From positions 1,604 to 65,603 of the IMG/VR virus record IMGVR_UViG_3300036403_000039: a stretch of 64,000 nt of DNA; one strand, written 5' to 3'. The translations under genes were made by a program, and so were the position numbers. The notes beneath the pieces are model-generated. The model was given only the letters and a program-made list of their open reading frames with translations, ran no database searches and was not told where the DNA came from. Shown one piece after another: positions 49,552 to 58,604 of this stretch (position 1 is its first letter; each line of letters begins with the position of its first letter). The DNA is from a virus (taxonomy: Duplodnaviria > Caudoviricetes).

Positions 49552-50229
49552 TCAGTGGCTTAACTGTTCAAGTTCTGTTTGAAGTTGTCGCAAGGCGGCA
49601 TTGATTTCGACCTTGCGATTAAATTGTTTTTCTTTGGAAAGTCTGCTGGCCGTCTTGTCGACCTCGCGCTGCTTCGACGCAACCAGCTCCACGCGGGCAA
49701 CCAAATCGGCAAGACCTTCTCTCCCTCGTGCGGGCAATGGAATCAGCCGCTTCAACAGTTGCTCATACAAACCGCCCAGGTCGAGCGCAAGCGGCATTGC
49801 CGCACGCTGGGCATCGTTCGGTAGCCAGCCGCAAGCAAAGTACTCGCTCAGCACCCAGCGGCTTACGTCTGTTTCATTGGGGCGCTTGTAGGCCGCGACG
49901 ACTTGCGTTTGTCCATCAAAGCTCAGCTCGAACACGACGGGGAACTGCACAGCCCCATCAATGCAGCGCAGCACGTCTAGATTCAGCTCTGGTGTCTTGA
50001 GCTGAATGGCGAAGACTTGAATCTCTGGCACCCCCGGCTTGGCGGGCAGGTTGATCGTTTCCGGAGCTAGCTTGTATTGCCAGACGATCTGCTCTACCTG
50101 TTCAACGAACAACTCCTTCAGCCGCGTGTTGGCACCGCTGTGCTCGTAAATCTTGTTCTTTGGCAGGTTGCGTCCAAAAGTGGCTTGCTTGGGGTAGCTG
50201 ATGAAGGCCGGATGTGTGGGCTGGCTCAT
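49552..50229 (-). CDS. DUF4391-family protein
   Basis: LPKNKIYEH, KLAPETINL, C-terminal KEKQFNRKVEIN coiled coil. Confidence 0.82.
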   Translation of the reverse strand: MSQPTHPAFISYPKQATFGRNLPKNKIYEHSGANTRLKELFVEQVEQIVWQYKLAPETINLPAKPGVPEIQVFAIQLKTPELNLDVLRCIDGAVQFPVVFELSFDGQTQVVAAYKRPNETDVSRWVLSEYFACGWLPNDAQRAAMPLALDLGGLYEQLLKRLIPLPARGREGLADLVARVELVASKQREVDKTASRLSKEKQFNRKVEINAALRQLQTELEQLSH

Positions 50230-53200
50230 TCGACCTCCTGAATCACGAGGAAGGTGATCAGTTCGAAGTCATCCAGCCCGGCAATGGTGTTGACCAGCGC
50301 GGTGGTCTTGCCGCCGCTGAAAAGGCTGTCCAGATCCTTCTCTTCCTTCACCTCGATCATCGAGCGGATCGTCTTTCCGAGCAGGTCTGAGTACGCCTGC
50401 ATCTTGCGGCCGTCGGCCGTTTCCTTGTTGAATAGGCGGCAGGCATCCGGAATAGGCTGTGCTTGCCCCTTGCAGCAACTGCGCACCAGATCGAGCAGCC
50501 GTTTGACCTCGGTGTGGTCGTGAATCACCTCACCCTCGCGGTTGATGTAGACGAGGTAGTAGGGGTGCAGTCGGTTGTGCAGGCTGACGTTGACACTTGG
50601 ATTCAGGTTGCGCAGCGTGAATATCACGCCAGGGCGCAGGCCCAGCTCTGGCTTGGCAGGTACCACGGCGTGCATCCCGCTTGGCATATTGCTCAATTCG
50701 CCATTGGCCTTGACGTAGTTGAGCAAGTCCATGCGGAAGTCATTGAGCCCCAGGTCAGTGATCGAAACGCCGGTCTTCAGGTCTTCCAGTTCGATCACTT
50801 CCTCTTGCAGGCGACGCAGTTGCTCCTTGCGGTAGGACACGTCATTGGCTTGTGCGCTCAGCACGTTGTCGTCACCGGTGGCCGTGACGTCGGCAATCAT
50901 CATCCGGCTTTCAACCCGCTCCTTGAGGTTGATGTACTCGTCGAGCGAGATGTCCGGCCAGTAGTTGACCAGCTGGATGCTGGTATTGGGTGAGCCGATG
51001 CGATCCACCCGCCCGAAGCGCTGGATGATGCGCACGGGGTTCCAGTGGATGTCGTAGTTGATCAGGTAGTCGCAGTCCTGCAGGTTCTGGCCTTCGGAAA
51101 TGCAGTCGGTGCCAATCAGCAAGTCAATCTCTGCTGGTTCGTTCGGCAGCACGATGGCCTTCTCCTTCGAGCGCGGCGAGAAGAGGGTGAGCAGTTCCTG
51201 GAAGTCGTAGCTCTTCTTGAGCGTGGACTTCGGGGCACCCTTGCCAGTGACTTTGGCGCTGTGCAGGGCCTGCGTTGCCAGCAGCTCCGGTGCCAAATTG
51301 GCAAACAGATAGTCAGCGGTGTCGGCGAAGGCCGTGAAAATCAGCACCTTTTTGTTGCCGGGATTCAGCGGTGCTGCGATCTTTCCCAGAACCAGTGCCT
51401 TCAGATGCTGCAGCTTGGCGTCATCAGCAGGCGTGATCTTGTTCATCGAAGCCAGCAAGGCATCAATGATCTCCAGATCGACTTTCAGCTCGTGTTCCCA
51501 CGAGGGCAAGTCCATGTCGGCGAGGCTGATCTTGACCTTGCCGCCGATCTCATCATCGCCAAGAGCTGGCAAGTCGTCGTCGTCCGCGTCGAGGTTTTCC
51601 AACTGGTCGGTTAGGTCATCGATGCTGGCGACGTTGCCGGTCTGATTGAATGTGCTGATCTTGGTCAGCGTATTGGTGTGGTTCGCCCGCAGCGACTGGA
51701 GCGTCAAGCGGAAGGACTGAATCGAACTTTCGAGGCGCTTGAGCAGGTTAGTCGTCATCAACGCCTGCAGACTTTTCTCGCGGTCAGCTTGCTTAAGCTT
51801 GCCTTTGCCAGCGACCTGCGTGTCGTACATCTCCTCGTACTTCTTGAGCCGACTCGGCAGGATGTAGCTGATCGGCGCGTAGACAGCGAGCTTGAGCAGG
51901 GACAGTTGCTCGAAGATCTCGTTGAAGCTCATCACATCAGTTCGCTGCGTGAGCGGGCTGTGGAACGACAGGGGCTTTCGACGCTCGGGGAATTGGCCGA
52001 TGTCCTTGGTGTCGTAGAAAGTCTGGATGTGCTTACGCGAGCGTGCGATGGTGACGCTGTCGAGCAGTTCGAAGAAGTCAAAGTCCAACGAATCCAGGAT
52101 GGCCCGCGCTGTGCGCTCTTCCGGTGGAAGCTTTGCCCATGCGTTGAAGCTGGCCTGCGCGCCACGGAATATGTCCTCTACCGTCTTGCCGGTGCGCAGC
52201 TTCTTGCTGAGGTTCTCGGAGTCACCCTCGTAGGCCAGTGCCAGTTGATTGCGCAGGTCATTGAAGCGGTTGTTCACCGGAGTGGCCGAAAGCATCAGCA
52301 CCTTGGTTTTAACTCCCTCCTTGATGACCTTGTTCATCAGCTTCTGGTACCGGGTCTCCTTGTCTTTGTAGGCGTCGTTGTTCCGGAAGTTGTGCGACTC
52401 GTCGATGACGACGAGGTCGTAGTTGCCCCAATTGATGCGGTTCAGCGGTGTGCCAAACGACTCGCCGCTGGTGCGGCTGAGGTCGGTATGGCAGAGCACG
52501 TCATAGTTGAACCGGTCGCGGGCAAAGATGTTGGTCTTGAGGTTGCGGTTGTAGTTCAGCCAGTTGTCGGCCAGCTTCTTAGGGCACAACACCAGCACGG
52601 AACGGTTTCGCAGCTCGTAGTACTTGACGACTGCCAAGGCCGTGAAGGTCTTGCCCAGGCCGACGCTGTCGGCCAGGATGCAGCCGCTGTAGGTCTCGAG
52701 TTTGTTGATGATCCCGGTGGCCGCATCCTTCTGGTAGTTGAAGAGCTTGTTCCAGATGAGCGTGTCTTGGTAGCCCGTGCGGTCGTTCGGCAGGACGTCC
52801 TCGTTGATGTCGTCGAGGAACTCGTTGAAGATGTTGTAGAGCATCAGAAAGTAGATGCTCTCGGGCGAGTTCTCCTGGTAGACCGATGCGATGTGGTCGC
52901 AAATCTGCGCGGTCACATCTTCCAGCTTGTCTGGGTCTTGCCAGATCTGGTTGAACAGACTGAGGTAGGTGGCAGTGAAGGTTGGCTCGTCCATCTTGTT
53001 GACGAGGTTGGAGACTGCATTGCCTTGCTGGTAGCCGAGGTCGACGGCGGTGAAGCCGTGCAATGGCATATAGGCCGTATCTGTGGCGGCCGCCTGCACA
53101 CAGGCGAATTGCTGCATCGGGGCCTTACTGCGATTCGACTTGAAGGTCGCCTTGCGTCGCATCCAGTCAGCGCACTCCTTTGCAATCGCGCGCTGGGTCA

Positions 53201-53495
53201 GCTTGTTGCGCAGCTGAATCTCGAACTCACTCCCGTACAGGCTCCGTTCGCGGTCAGCCTTGGGGATGTGGAACTCCTTGCGTTCCTTGCGAATCTTGTC
53301 CGTGACCTCGTTGGCGACGAACGTCGGCGAAGTGAAGATGAAGTTCAGCTCGTCGATCTTTTCCAGCTCTGCTTTCAGCGCTTCGAACGCGTACATCGAG
53401 AAGCAGGAGGCTGCGATCTTCAGGCGGGCACCGGGCTTGAGCGTCTGCTTGAGGTCGTCGCCGAGCAGGCGGTTGATGTTGTCGATGAGTTCCAT
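50226..53495 (-). CDS. SNF2-family helicase with degenerate PLD-like N-terminus
   Basis: ADSVGLGKT, DESH, LSATP, SEGQNLQ, QRFGRVDRIG. Confidence 0.9.
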   Translation of the reverse strand: MELIDNINRLLGDDLKQTLKPGARLKIAASCFSMYAFEALKAELEKIDELNFIFTSPTFVANEVTDKIRKERKEFHIPKADRERSLYGSEFEIQLRNKLTQRAIAKECADWMRRKATFKSNRSKAPMQQFACVQAAATDTAYMPLHGFTAVDLGYQQGNAVSNLVNKMDEPTFTATYLSLFNQIWQDPDKLEDVTAQICDHIASVYQENSPESIYFLMLYNIFNEFLDDINEDVLPNDRTGYQDTLIWNKLFNYQKDAATGIINKLETYSGCILADSVGLGKTFTALAVVKYYELRNRSVLVLCPKKLADNWLNYNRNLKTNIFARDRFNYDVLCHTDLSRTSGESFGTPLNRINWGNYDLVVIDESHNFRNNDAYKDKETRYQKLMNKVIKEGVKTKVLMLSATPVNNRFNDLRNQLALAYEGDSENLSKKLRTGKTVEDIFRGAQASFNAWAKLPPEERTARAILDSLDFDFFELLDSVTIARSRKHIQTFYDTKDIGQFPERRKPLSFHSPLTQRTDVMSFNEIFEQLSLLKLAVYAPISYILPSRLKKYEEMYDTQVAGKGKLKQADREKSLQALMTTNLLKRLESSIQSFRLTLQSLRANHTNTLTKISTFNQTGNVASIDDLTDQLENLDADDDDLPALGDDEIGGKVKISLADMDLPSWEHELKVDLEIIDALLASMNKITPADDAKLQHLKALVLGKIAAPLNPGNKKVLIFTAFADTADYLFANLAPELLATQALHSAKVTGKGAPKSTLKKSYDFQELLTLFSPRSKEKAIVLPNEPAEIDLLIGTDCISEGQNLQDCDYLINYDIHWNPVRIIQRFGRVDRIGSPNTSIQLVNYWPDISLDEYINLKERVESRMMIADVTATGDDNVLSAQANDVSYRKEQLRRLQEEVIELEDLKTGVSITDLGLNDFRMDLLNYVKANGELSNMPSGMHAVVPAKPELGLRPGVIFTLRNLNPSVNVSLHNRLHPYYLVYINREGEVIHDHTEVKRLLDLVRSCCKGQAQPIPDACRLFNKETADGRKMQAYSDLLGKTIRSMIEVKEEKDLDSLFSGGKTTALVNTIAGLDDFELITFLVIQEVE

Positions 53496-54391
53496 CAAGA
53501 ATCCGCCTTTGGAGACGTGGCGTAGCCAGGAGCCAGTAGCGCGTTCTTCACGCCGTAAAGTGCCAGATGGTCTTTGAGCCACAGGCGGTATTCGGGGCCA
53601 CGCAGGCGGTGGTCGGGGGAGCAGTCGACGCTCCAGCGCCGGAGCATGTATCCAGCAGTAGCGGCCCGAAGCTTCAGTGCCAGCACGCCGCCGGTGAAGC
53701 TGTAGTCGCGTGCCGTGATTTCAGGTCTAGGCTGGTCTGGATGCGGAACCAGTTCGATCTCGACAATCCGCGTCCACTGGATGTCGTCGTCAGGACGTTC
53801 GCCAAGCTTGGGGTCCTCGTCGAGTGTCCTGGGCGCTTCGATCCGAGTGATCACGAAGTCGCGGAACTCTCCGGTCTTGCGGTCGAATGCTCGGACGTGC
53901 CAACGTAGACCGCTGTCCACGAGCGCGAAGGGAACGATCACCCGCTCCGACTCTCCGTTGCTCACCGAGTGGTAACTGATGGCGACCGCACGCTTGGCGT
54001 GGATGGCTCTGCAGATAGGTGCCAGCACGTCCATGCAGGGGCTGCTCAGTGCAGCGGGGGCCTCGCAAGGCAATAGCGGGTGCGAATCACTGTTCACGCC
54101 ATCGCCAAACCCCAACGAAAGTGCCGACAGAACGCGCTGTGGTGCGTGCTCGAAAACCGGCGCGAAACTCTTGCCAATGCGGTAGATCTTGTTGCTGCCG
54201 TCGAACTCAATGTTTTGAGGGGCGACCTCGCGGTACAGGGCCAAGTCTCGCGTTGCACCCGCCGGTGCGACTCCGAATCGGCTAGTGAGATCAGGCCGTC
54301 CGATTTCGCCGATGAAGTACAGCCGGAAGTCGATGTAGGCGAGCCGCTCTCGTTGTGCGTGGCTCAGGCTCTCGACGCGTTGGGGGTGCAT
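53495..54391 (-). CDS. WYL-domain transcriptional regulator (BrxR/CapW-like)
   Basis: wHTH (RLAYIDFRLYF...ATRDLALY), RWHVRAFDRKTGEFRDFVITRI. Confidence 0.9.
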   Translation of the reverse strand: MHPQRVESLSHAQRERLAYIDFRLYFIGEIGRPDLTSRFGVAPAGATRDLALYREVAPQNIEFDGSNKIYRIGKSFAPVFEHAPQRVLSALSLGFGDGVNSDSHPLLPCEAPAALSSPCMDVLAPICRAIHAKRAVAISYHSVSNGESERVIVPFALVDSGLRWHVRAFDRKTGEFRDFVITRIEAPRTLDEDPKLGERPDDDIQWTRIVEIELVPHPDQPRPEITARDYSFTGGVLALKLRAATAGYMLRRWSVDCSPDHRLRGPEYRLWLKDHLALYGVKNALLAPGYATSPKADS

Positions 54392-54471
54392 GGTCATGCG
54401 CTCCTCAACCGCCGCAAACGACGGAGGGACCGAAACCAACTTCACGTTTGCTCATTCGGGCGCGCCTCATA

Positions 54472-54516
54472 TCATCAAAATGATGACATTATGCGTGCAG
54501 TTTCAGGTTTGAGCAA
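54472..54516 (-). promoter_or_regulatory. Sigma70 promoter plus palindromic operator of the WYL/RM operon
   Basis: Minus strand TTGCTC-17 bp-CATAAT; TCATCA-aaa-TGATGA at 54472-54486 overlapping the start region. Confidence 0.65.
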
Positions 54517-54575
54517 GCGGCCAAATCGTCGAATCGACGGACTCAGGGCCAAGGCGTTACTATCTGGTTCTGATT

Positions 54576-54609
54576 GCGGACGCGGGTTCGGTTCCGTGTT
54601 TCACCACCA
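54576..54609 (+). other. Degenerate tmRNA 3'-end copy; att junction between prophage and satellite
   Basis: GCGGACGCGGGTTC-N14-CCACCA aligns without gaps to the recalled ssrA 3' end. Confidence 0.6.
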
Positions 54610-54654
54610 AATGCAAGTTTCCACATGTTCCCACATGACCGGAAACACCCCTGA

Positions 54655-54680
54655 AAAGCCCGCCCCGTGCGGGCTTTCTT
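54655..54680 (+). terminator. Intrinsic terminator after att site
   Basis: AAAGCCCGC-cccgt-GCGGGCTTT-CTT. Confidence 0.7.
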
Positions 54681-54724
54681 GTTTCTATACGTTCCTCAAC
54701 AGATACACACAGCACGCGCCGCCG

Positions 54725-54743
54725 TGTATCCTCCGCTGTACCC
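54725..54743 (+). repeat. Integrase arm-type sites (left)
   Basis: TGTATCC/TGTACCC 12 bp apart; same pair at 63118-63136. Confidence 0.65.
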
Positions 54744-54774
54744 GCCGCACAGATTGAAACTACGGGGTACACGG

Positions 54775-56001
54775 ATGAAGCGCAGTGAAATCAAACGTCG
54801 CCCGCTGGCAGACACAGTGGTCGCCACCCTTGAGCCGGAAGCCAAGGAGTACCGCGAGCACGACGGCAACAGCCTGTATCTGCGCGTCAAGCCGGATGGC
54901 CGCAAATCGTGGCAGCTTCGCTACAAGAAGCCCGATGGCAAGTGGTCATGGATCGGCCTCGGCGGCTACCCCGAAGTGGGCGGCTCACTGGCTCGCCAGA
55001 AGGCGGCGGAAATGCGCGGCGATGTATCCCAGGGCCGCAACCCGCTGGCAATGAAACACGCGAGGAAAGCAGCAGAGGCAGAAGCCGCATCCAACACCTT
55101 CGAAAAGCTCGCCCGCGAGTGGTACGCCAACAAGCGCAAGGGCTGGACGGAAGGAACGGCCGTGCGGACTATCGGCGCACTGGAGCTGCACGTTTTCCCG
55201 GTGCTCGGCAAACGCCCTTTCGCGGAGATTCTGCCCATCGAGTGGATGGAGTTTCTGCGCAACATGGAACAGAAAGGCATCGTCGAGCAGACGAGCCGCG
55301 TGCGGGGCATGTGCCGCGAAATCTACGACCTGGCGCGAGTGACCGGCCGGGCGACGCACAACCCGCTGGAGGGCCTGCACAAGTTCCTACAAACCCGGCC
55401 GGTGGAAAACTTCGCCCATGTATCCCAGGCGGAACTGCCCGCGCTCTTGCGTGCTATTCGGTCCTACCCCAGTGCCACCGACATTCGCATCGGCCTGCAA
55501 CTGCTTTCCCTACTGGCCTGTCGACCTTCGGAGCTGCGCGAGGCCAGTTGGTCCGAGTTCGATCTTGATGGAGCCTTGTGGACAATCCCGGCCGAACGCA
55601 TGAAGCGCCGTCGGGAGCATTTGGTGCCGCTGCCTCAACAAGCCGTCGAGCTGCTGCGCGACCTGCACATACTGACCGGCACCTATCCTCTGCTCTTCCC
55701 TGGCCGCAGCGACTCGACCAAGCCCCGGAGCAATACCGTGTTCCTGATGGCGCTGCGCCGACTCGGCTATGAGGGCCGGCAAACCGGCCACGGCTTCCGG
55801 CACATCGCATCCACCACCCTCAACGAACATGGCTTCGATGAAAACCACATCGAGGCCCAGCTATCCCACGTCAAGGAAGGGGTAGCCGGCGTCTACAACA
55901 AAGCGGTTTACCTGCCCCAGCGCCGGGAAATGATGCAGTGGTATGCCGACCACCTCGACAAGCTGGCCGGCGGTAACGTGGTGGCAATGAAACGCGCCTG
56001 A
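54775..56001 (+). CDS. int: P4-type tyrosine integrase
   Basis: Arm-binding N-terminus (DGNSLYLRV...GLGGYPEV), CRPSE, HGFRH, QLSH, GVYNKA. Confidence 0.95.
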   Translation: MKRSEIKRRPLADTVVATLEPEAKEYREHDGNSLYLRVKPDGRKSWQLRYKKPDGKWSWIGLGGYPEVGGSLARQKAAEMRGDVSQGRNPLAMKHARKAAEAEAASNTFEKLAREWYANKRKGWTEGTAVRTIGALELHVFPVLGKRPFAEILPIEWMEFLRNMEQKGIVEQTSRVRGMCREIYDLARVTGRATHNPLEGLHKFLQTRPVENFAHVSQAELPALLRAIRSYPSATDIRIGLQLLSLLACRPSELREASWSEFDLDGALWTIPAERMKRRREHLVPLPQQAVELLRDLHILTGTYPLLFPGRSDSTKPRSNTVFLMALRRLGYEGRQTGHGFRHIASTTLNEHGFDENHIEAQLSHVKEGVAGVYNKAVYLPQRREMMQWYADHLDKLAGGNVVAMKRA

Positions 56002-56049
56002 CCGTGAAGGTAGGGCGCGAATTCCAATCTCGATCAAGTAGGGACACAC

Positions 56050-56832
56050 ATGGCAATCAAACCCCTGAAACTCAAGAGTTTTGTATCCGAGGAAGAGGCC
56101 GCGCAGCTGCTATCACAGCTCATTGGCGAAGAAGTAAGCAGCGACGACATGGCCGAGTACGCAGCGTCGGGAATTGTGCCGGCCTACATAGCGTTTCCTT
56201 CCGATGGCCGTCCCGGGAAGGGCTTCTATCTACTCAACCAACATGCGGCCATAGATGACTCCATTACGAATGCCCCGCACATGGGGGATTGTACCGCCAG
56301 CCACCTGCCCTACCCTTTCAAGCCTAACTGGCGAAGTATGTTCGTAGATACCAAGGGGAACTTTGTGGCGGCAAGGATTGAGGCCGCCGATGGCAGCCTC
56401 GTGCCCGTGGAGGAAGAGCAAAGTTATCCCAGGATTTACGCCCCGGCAGAGATATGCCAAGTGGCTCAGATTCTCAATGACCCAACTAGCTGCCCCGAAT
56501 GGCCCGCTGTAACTCATGCCCATGGCCCCATGTGGATCGACGATTACGGCGACGGCGATAGCGCCGAGGGGCGAATCGTCAGCCCGCACGACTGGCACAA
56601 GCACCTCCGAGGAAACGCATTGCCGACTACAGCCAGCGGCAGCAAAGGCGAGCGCCGGGTCAATTGGCCGCTAATCGTCGCGGCAATGTGGGAAGAGCTT
56701 CGCGACGAATGGAGAAAGCAGGGAACGCTGGCTGAAAAGATTGGCGAGCGTGGATGGAAGGGGGCGCGAAAGGATGACGTGAATCACGCACTATCGAAGG
56801 CCAATCGAGCGAAAGAAGAGGTAGAGCGATAG
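56050..56832 (+). CDS. Hypothetical protein (candidate regulator of alpA)
   Basis: 260 aa between int and alpA; helical C-terminus; followed by an inverted repeat. Confidence 0.7.
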   Translation: MAIKPLKLKSFVSEEEAAQLLSQLIGEEVSSDDMAEYAASGIVPAYIAFPSDGRPGKGFYLLNQHAAIDDSITNAPHMGDCTASHLPYPFKPNWRSMFVDTKGNFVAARIEAADGSLVPVEEEQSYPRIYAPAEICQVAQILNDPTSCPEWPAVTHAHGPMWIDDYGDGDSAEGRIVSPHDWHKHLRGNALPTTASGSKGERRVNWPLIVAAMWEELRDEWRKQGTLAEKIGERGWKGARKDDVNHALSKANRAKEEVER

Positions 56833-56840
56833 CGTCAATT

Positions 56841-56867
56841 GCAATGCAAGCAAACGCTTTGCATTGC
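56841..56867. promoter_or_regulatory. Inverted repeat upstream of alpA
   Basis: GCAATGCAA-N9-TTGCATTGC. Confidence 0.55.
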
Positions 56868-56925
56868 TATGACAGCAGCGGCACGGGTGCATACCTTGGC
56901 GACCCCTATGCACAAAGGCACCTAT

Positions 56926-57180
56926 ATGCACCCGAACCACTCCCATCCAAGTAAAGGTTTAATCCGCCAACTTGCCCTCTGCCAATGGCTCGACGTGACC
57001 CGTTCCGGCCTCGCCAAGCTCAAGGCGAAAGACCCGACCTTTCCAAAACCCATCAAGGATGGCGACGCCCGCCAGGCTGCCGCCTATTACGTCGTGGCCG
57101 AGGTGGACGCCTGGTTGCAAGCCAAGATTGCAGCGCGGGATAAGGCCCAGGCCGATAGCGCCGAGGGTGCGAAACAATGA
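56926..57180 (+). CDS. alpA: AlpA-family regulator/excisionase
   Basis: LIRQLALCQWLDVTRSGL...DPTFPKPIK...EVDAWL. Confidence 0.82.
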   Translation: MHPNHSHPSKGLIRQLALCQWLDVTRSGLAKLKAKDPTFPKPIKDGDARQAAAYYVVAEVDAWLQAKIAARDKAQADSAEGAKQ

Positions 57181-57533
57181 GCGCCCCGAACTACTGGCGA
57201 GAACTGCTCGCCACCCCGGCGGCATCTGCCGTCGACAACCTGTCCGAGCATGCCGAGCGCCTGGAGCGGTTGGCCTGTATTGCCGAGTGCCAGGCCGAGC
57301 GTTTGAGCACTGGCATTGCCGCCATTGGCGAACTGTTGGACGGCGCAACGGGTGCCGGCCATGTCGATGATGGGGTGGCCGTTGCCATTTGCTCGATGCT
57401 GGCCGCACTGGCGGGGCTGTCGGCAGAGCTGGCGACCGTCACCCGTAACGCGCACGGCACCTTGGCCGGCATACGCACCACCGCGCATCGCAGCCCGGCA
57501 ACTCCCCACCTGTCACCCGTAAGTCAGGACTAA
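57177..57533 (+). CDS. Hypothetical protein
   Basis: ATGA-coupled to alpA; 118 aa, helical. Confidence 0.6.
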   Translation: MSAPNYWRELLATPAASAVDNLSEHAERLERLACIAECQAERLSTGIAAIGELLDGATGAGHVDDGVAVAICSMLAALAGLSAELATVTRNAHGTLAGIRTTAHRSPATPHLSPVSQD

Positions 57534-57536
57534 CCC

Positions 57537-58604
57537 ATGAGCTATTTTCAACAGCGCCGCGAGGCGTTGCCGGGATCGGCTTGCCTGAAGAAAACCCGGA
57601 TCGTCGAAGACATTCGCGCGGTGGCCGCCGTCGCCTTGCAGCACGCCGCCGCATTGGTGCCGGAGCTACTGCCGGAAGGCACCCGCAAGGGTAGCGAATG
57701 GGTTGCGCGCAACCCCACGCGAGCCGACCGACAGGCCGGGAGCTTTTCGGTTTCCCTGGCGGACGGACGCTGGCATGACTTCGCCTGTGGTGACGGCGGC
57801 GGCGACTTGGTGTCGCTGGCTGCCTACCTATGGGACGTGAATCAGGCAGACGCCGCGTGCGACCTGGCCCGCCGGTTGGGCCTGCGCCTCGATGCGCTGG
57901 AGGGGCGGCAGGGTACTGGAGACAGTCACGACGATGGCCAGCGGCAGCGGCTGGCGGCGGCAAGGCTGGAAGTCGCGCAGCGCACCGCCCGCGAGGCCGA
58001 GCAGAAACGCCACAAGCAACAGACCGCCGCCGACTTTGCGCGCCGACTTTGGCAGGCCAGCGCCGCCGCCAACCCGGCGCACGCCTATCTGGCGGCGAAG
58101 CGGTTGCACGCCCACGACCTGCGCGAGCATCGCGGGGAGCTGCTTGTGCCGCTGCTCAATACAGCCGGCGAGCTGGTGAACCTGCAACGCATCGGCGCCG
58201 ACGGCGGTAAGCGCTTTCTGTTTGGCGGCCAAGTGCTCGGCGCCTTCCACCTGCTGGGCCAAATCGCGCCGGGGCGGCGCCTGTTCGTCTGCGAGGGTTG
58301 GGCGACCGGCGCCACGCTGTTCGAACACTACGAAGGCGCCGACGCCGTGGCCTGCGCCATGAATGCCGGCAACCTGCGCCCGGTGGCCCAGGCTCTGCGC
58401 GCCAAGTACGGCGGCCTGATTGAGCTGGTAATGGCTGGCGATGACGACCGCCTGAGTGACGGCAATCCCGGCCGCACGGCTGCTGATTCTGCCGCCCTGG
58501 CGGTTGGGGCCATGGTGGTGTTCCCCGAGTGGCCGGCGGGGGCGCCGCTGGAGCTGTCCGACTTCAACGACCTGCACTGCTGGGACGCCTCCCATGACCG
58601 ATAG
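57537..58604 (+). CDS. TOPRIM primase
   Basis: HAYLAAK, NLQRI, CEGWATG, AGDDD, SDFNDL. Confidence 0.88.
   Translation: MSYFQQRREALPGSACLKKTRIVEDIRAVAAVALQHAAALVPELLPEGTRKGSEWVARNPTRADRQAGSFSVSLADGRWHDFACGDGGGDLVSLAAYLWDVNQADAACDLARRLGLRLDALEGRQGTGDSHDDGQRQRLAAARLEVAQRTAREAEQKRHKQQTAADFARRLWQASAAANPAHAYLAAKRLHAHDLREHRGELLVPLLNTAGELVNLQRIGADGGKRFLFGGQVLGAFHLLGQIAPGRRLFVCEGWATGATLFEHYEGADAVACAMNAGNLRPVAQALRAKYGGLIELVMAGDDDRLSDGNPGRTAADSAALAVGAMVVFPEWPAGAPLELSDFNDLHCWDASHDR

Larger units (their letters stand above)
1..54609. mobile_element. Lambda-like siphoviral prophage with serine recombinase (left end outside window), including terminal defence island
   Basis: Ordered modules: recombinase, repressor, recombination/replication, cos, terminase, portal, S49 protease, capsid, tail, tape measure, lysis; tmRNA-like att remnant at 54576-54609. 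Confidence 0.9.

Noticed and set aside
42900-54391. BREX or DISARM assignment
   Set aside because: No PglZ, BrxC or DrmA/DrmB-type genes; the methylase and nuclease are type III Mod/Res
54576-54609. Functional tRNA or tmRNA gene
   Set aside because: Only a degenerate 3' fragment; the T-stem does not pair fully and there is no 5' part
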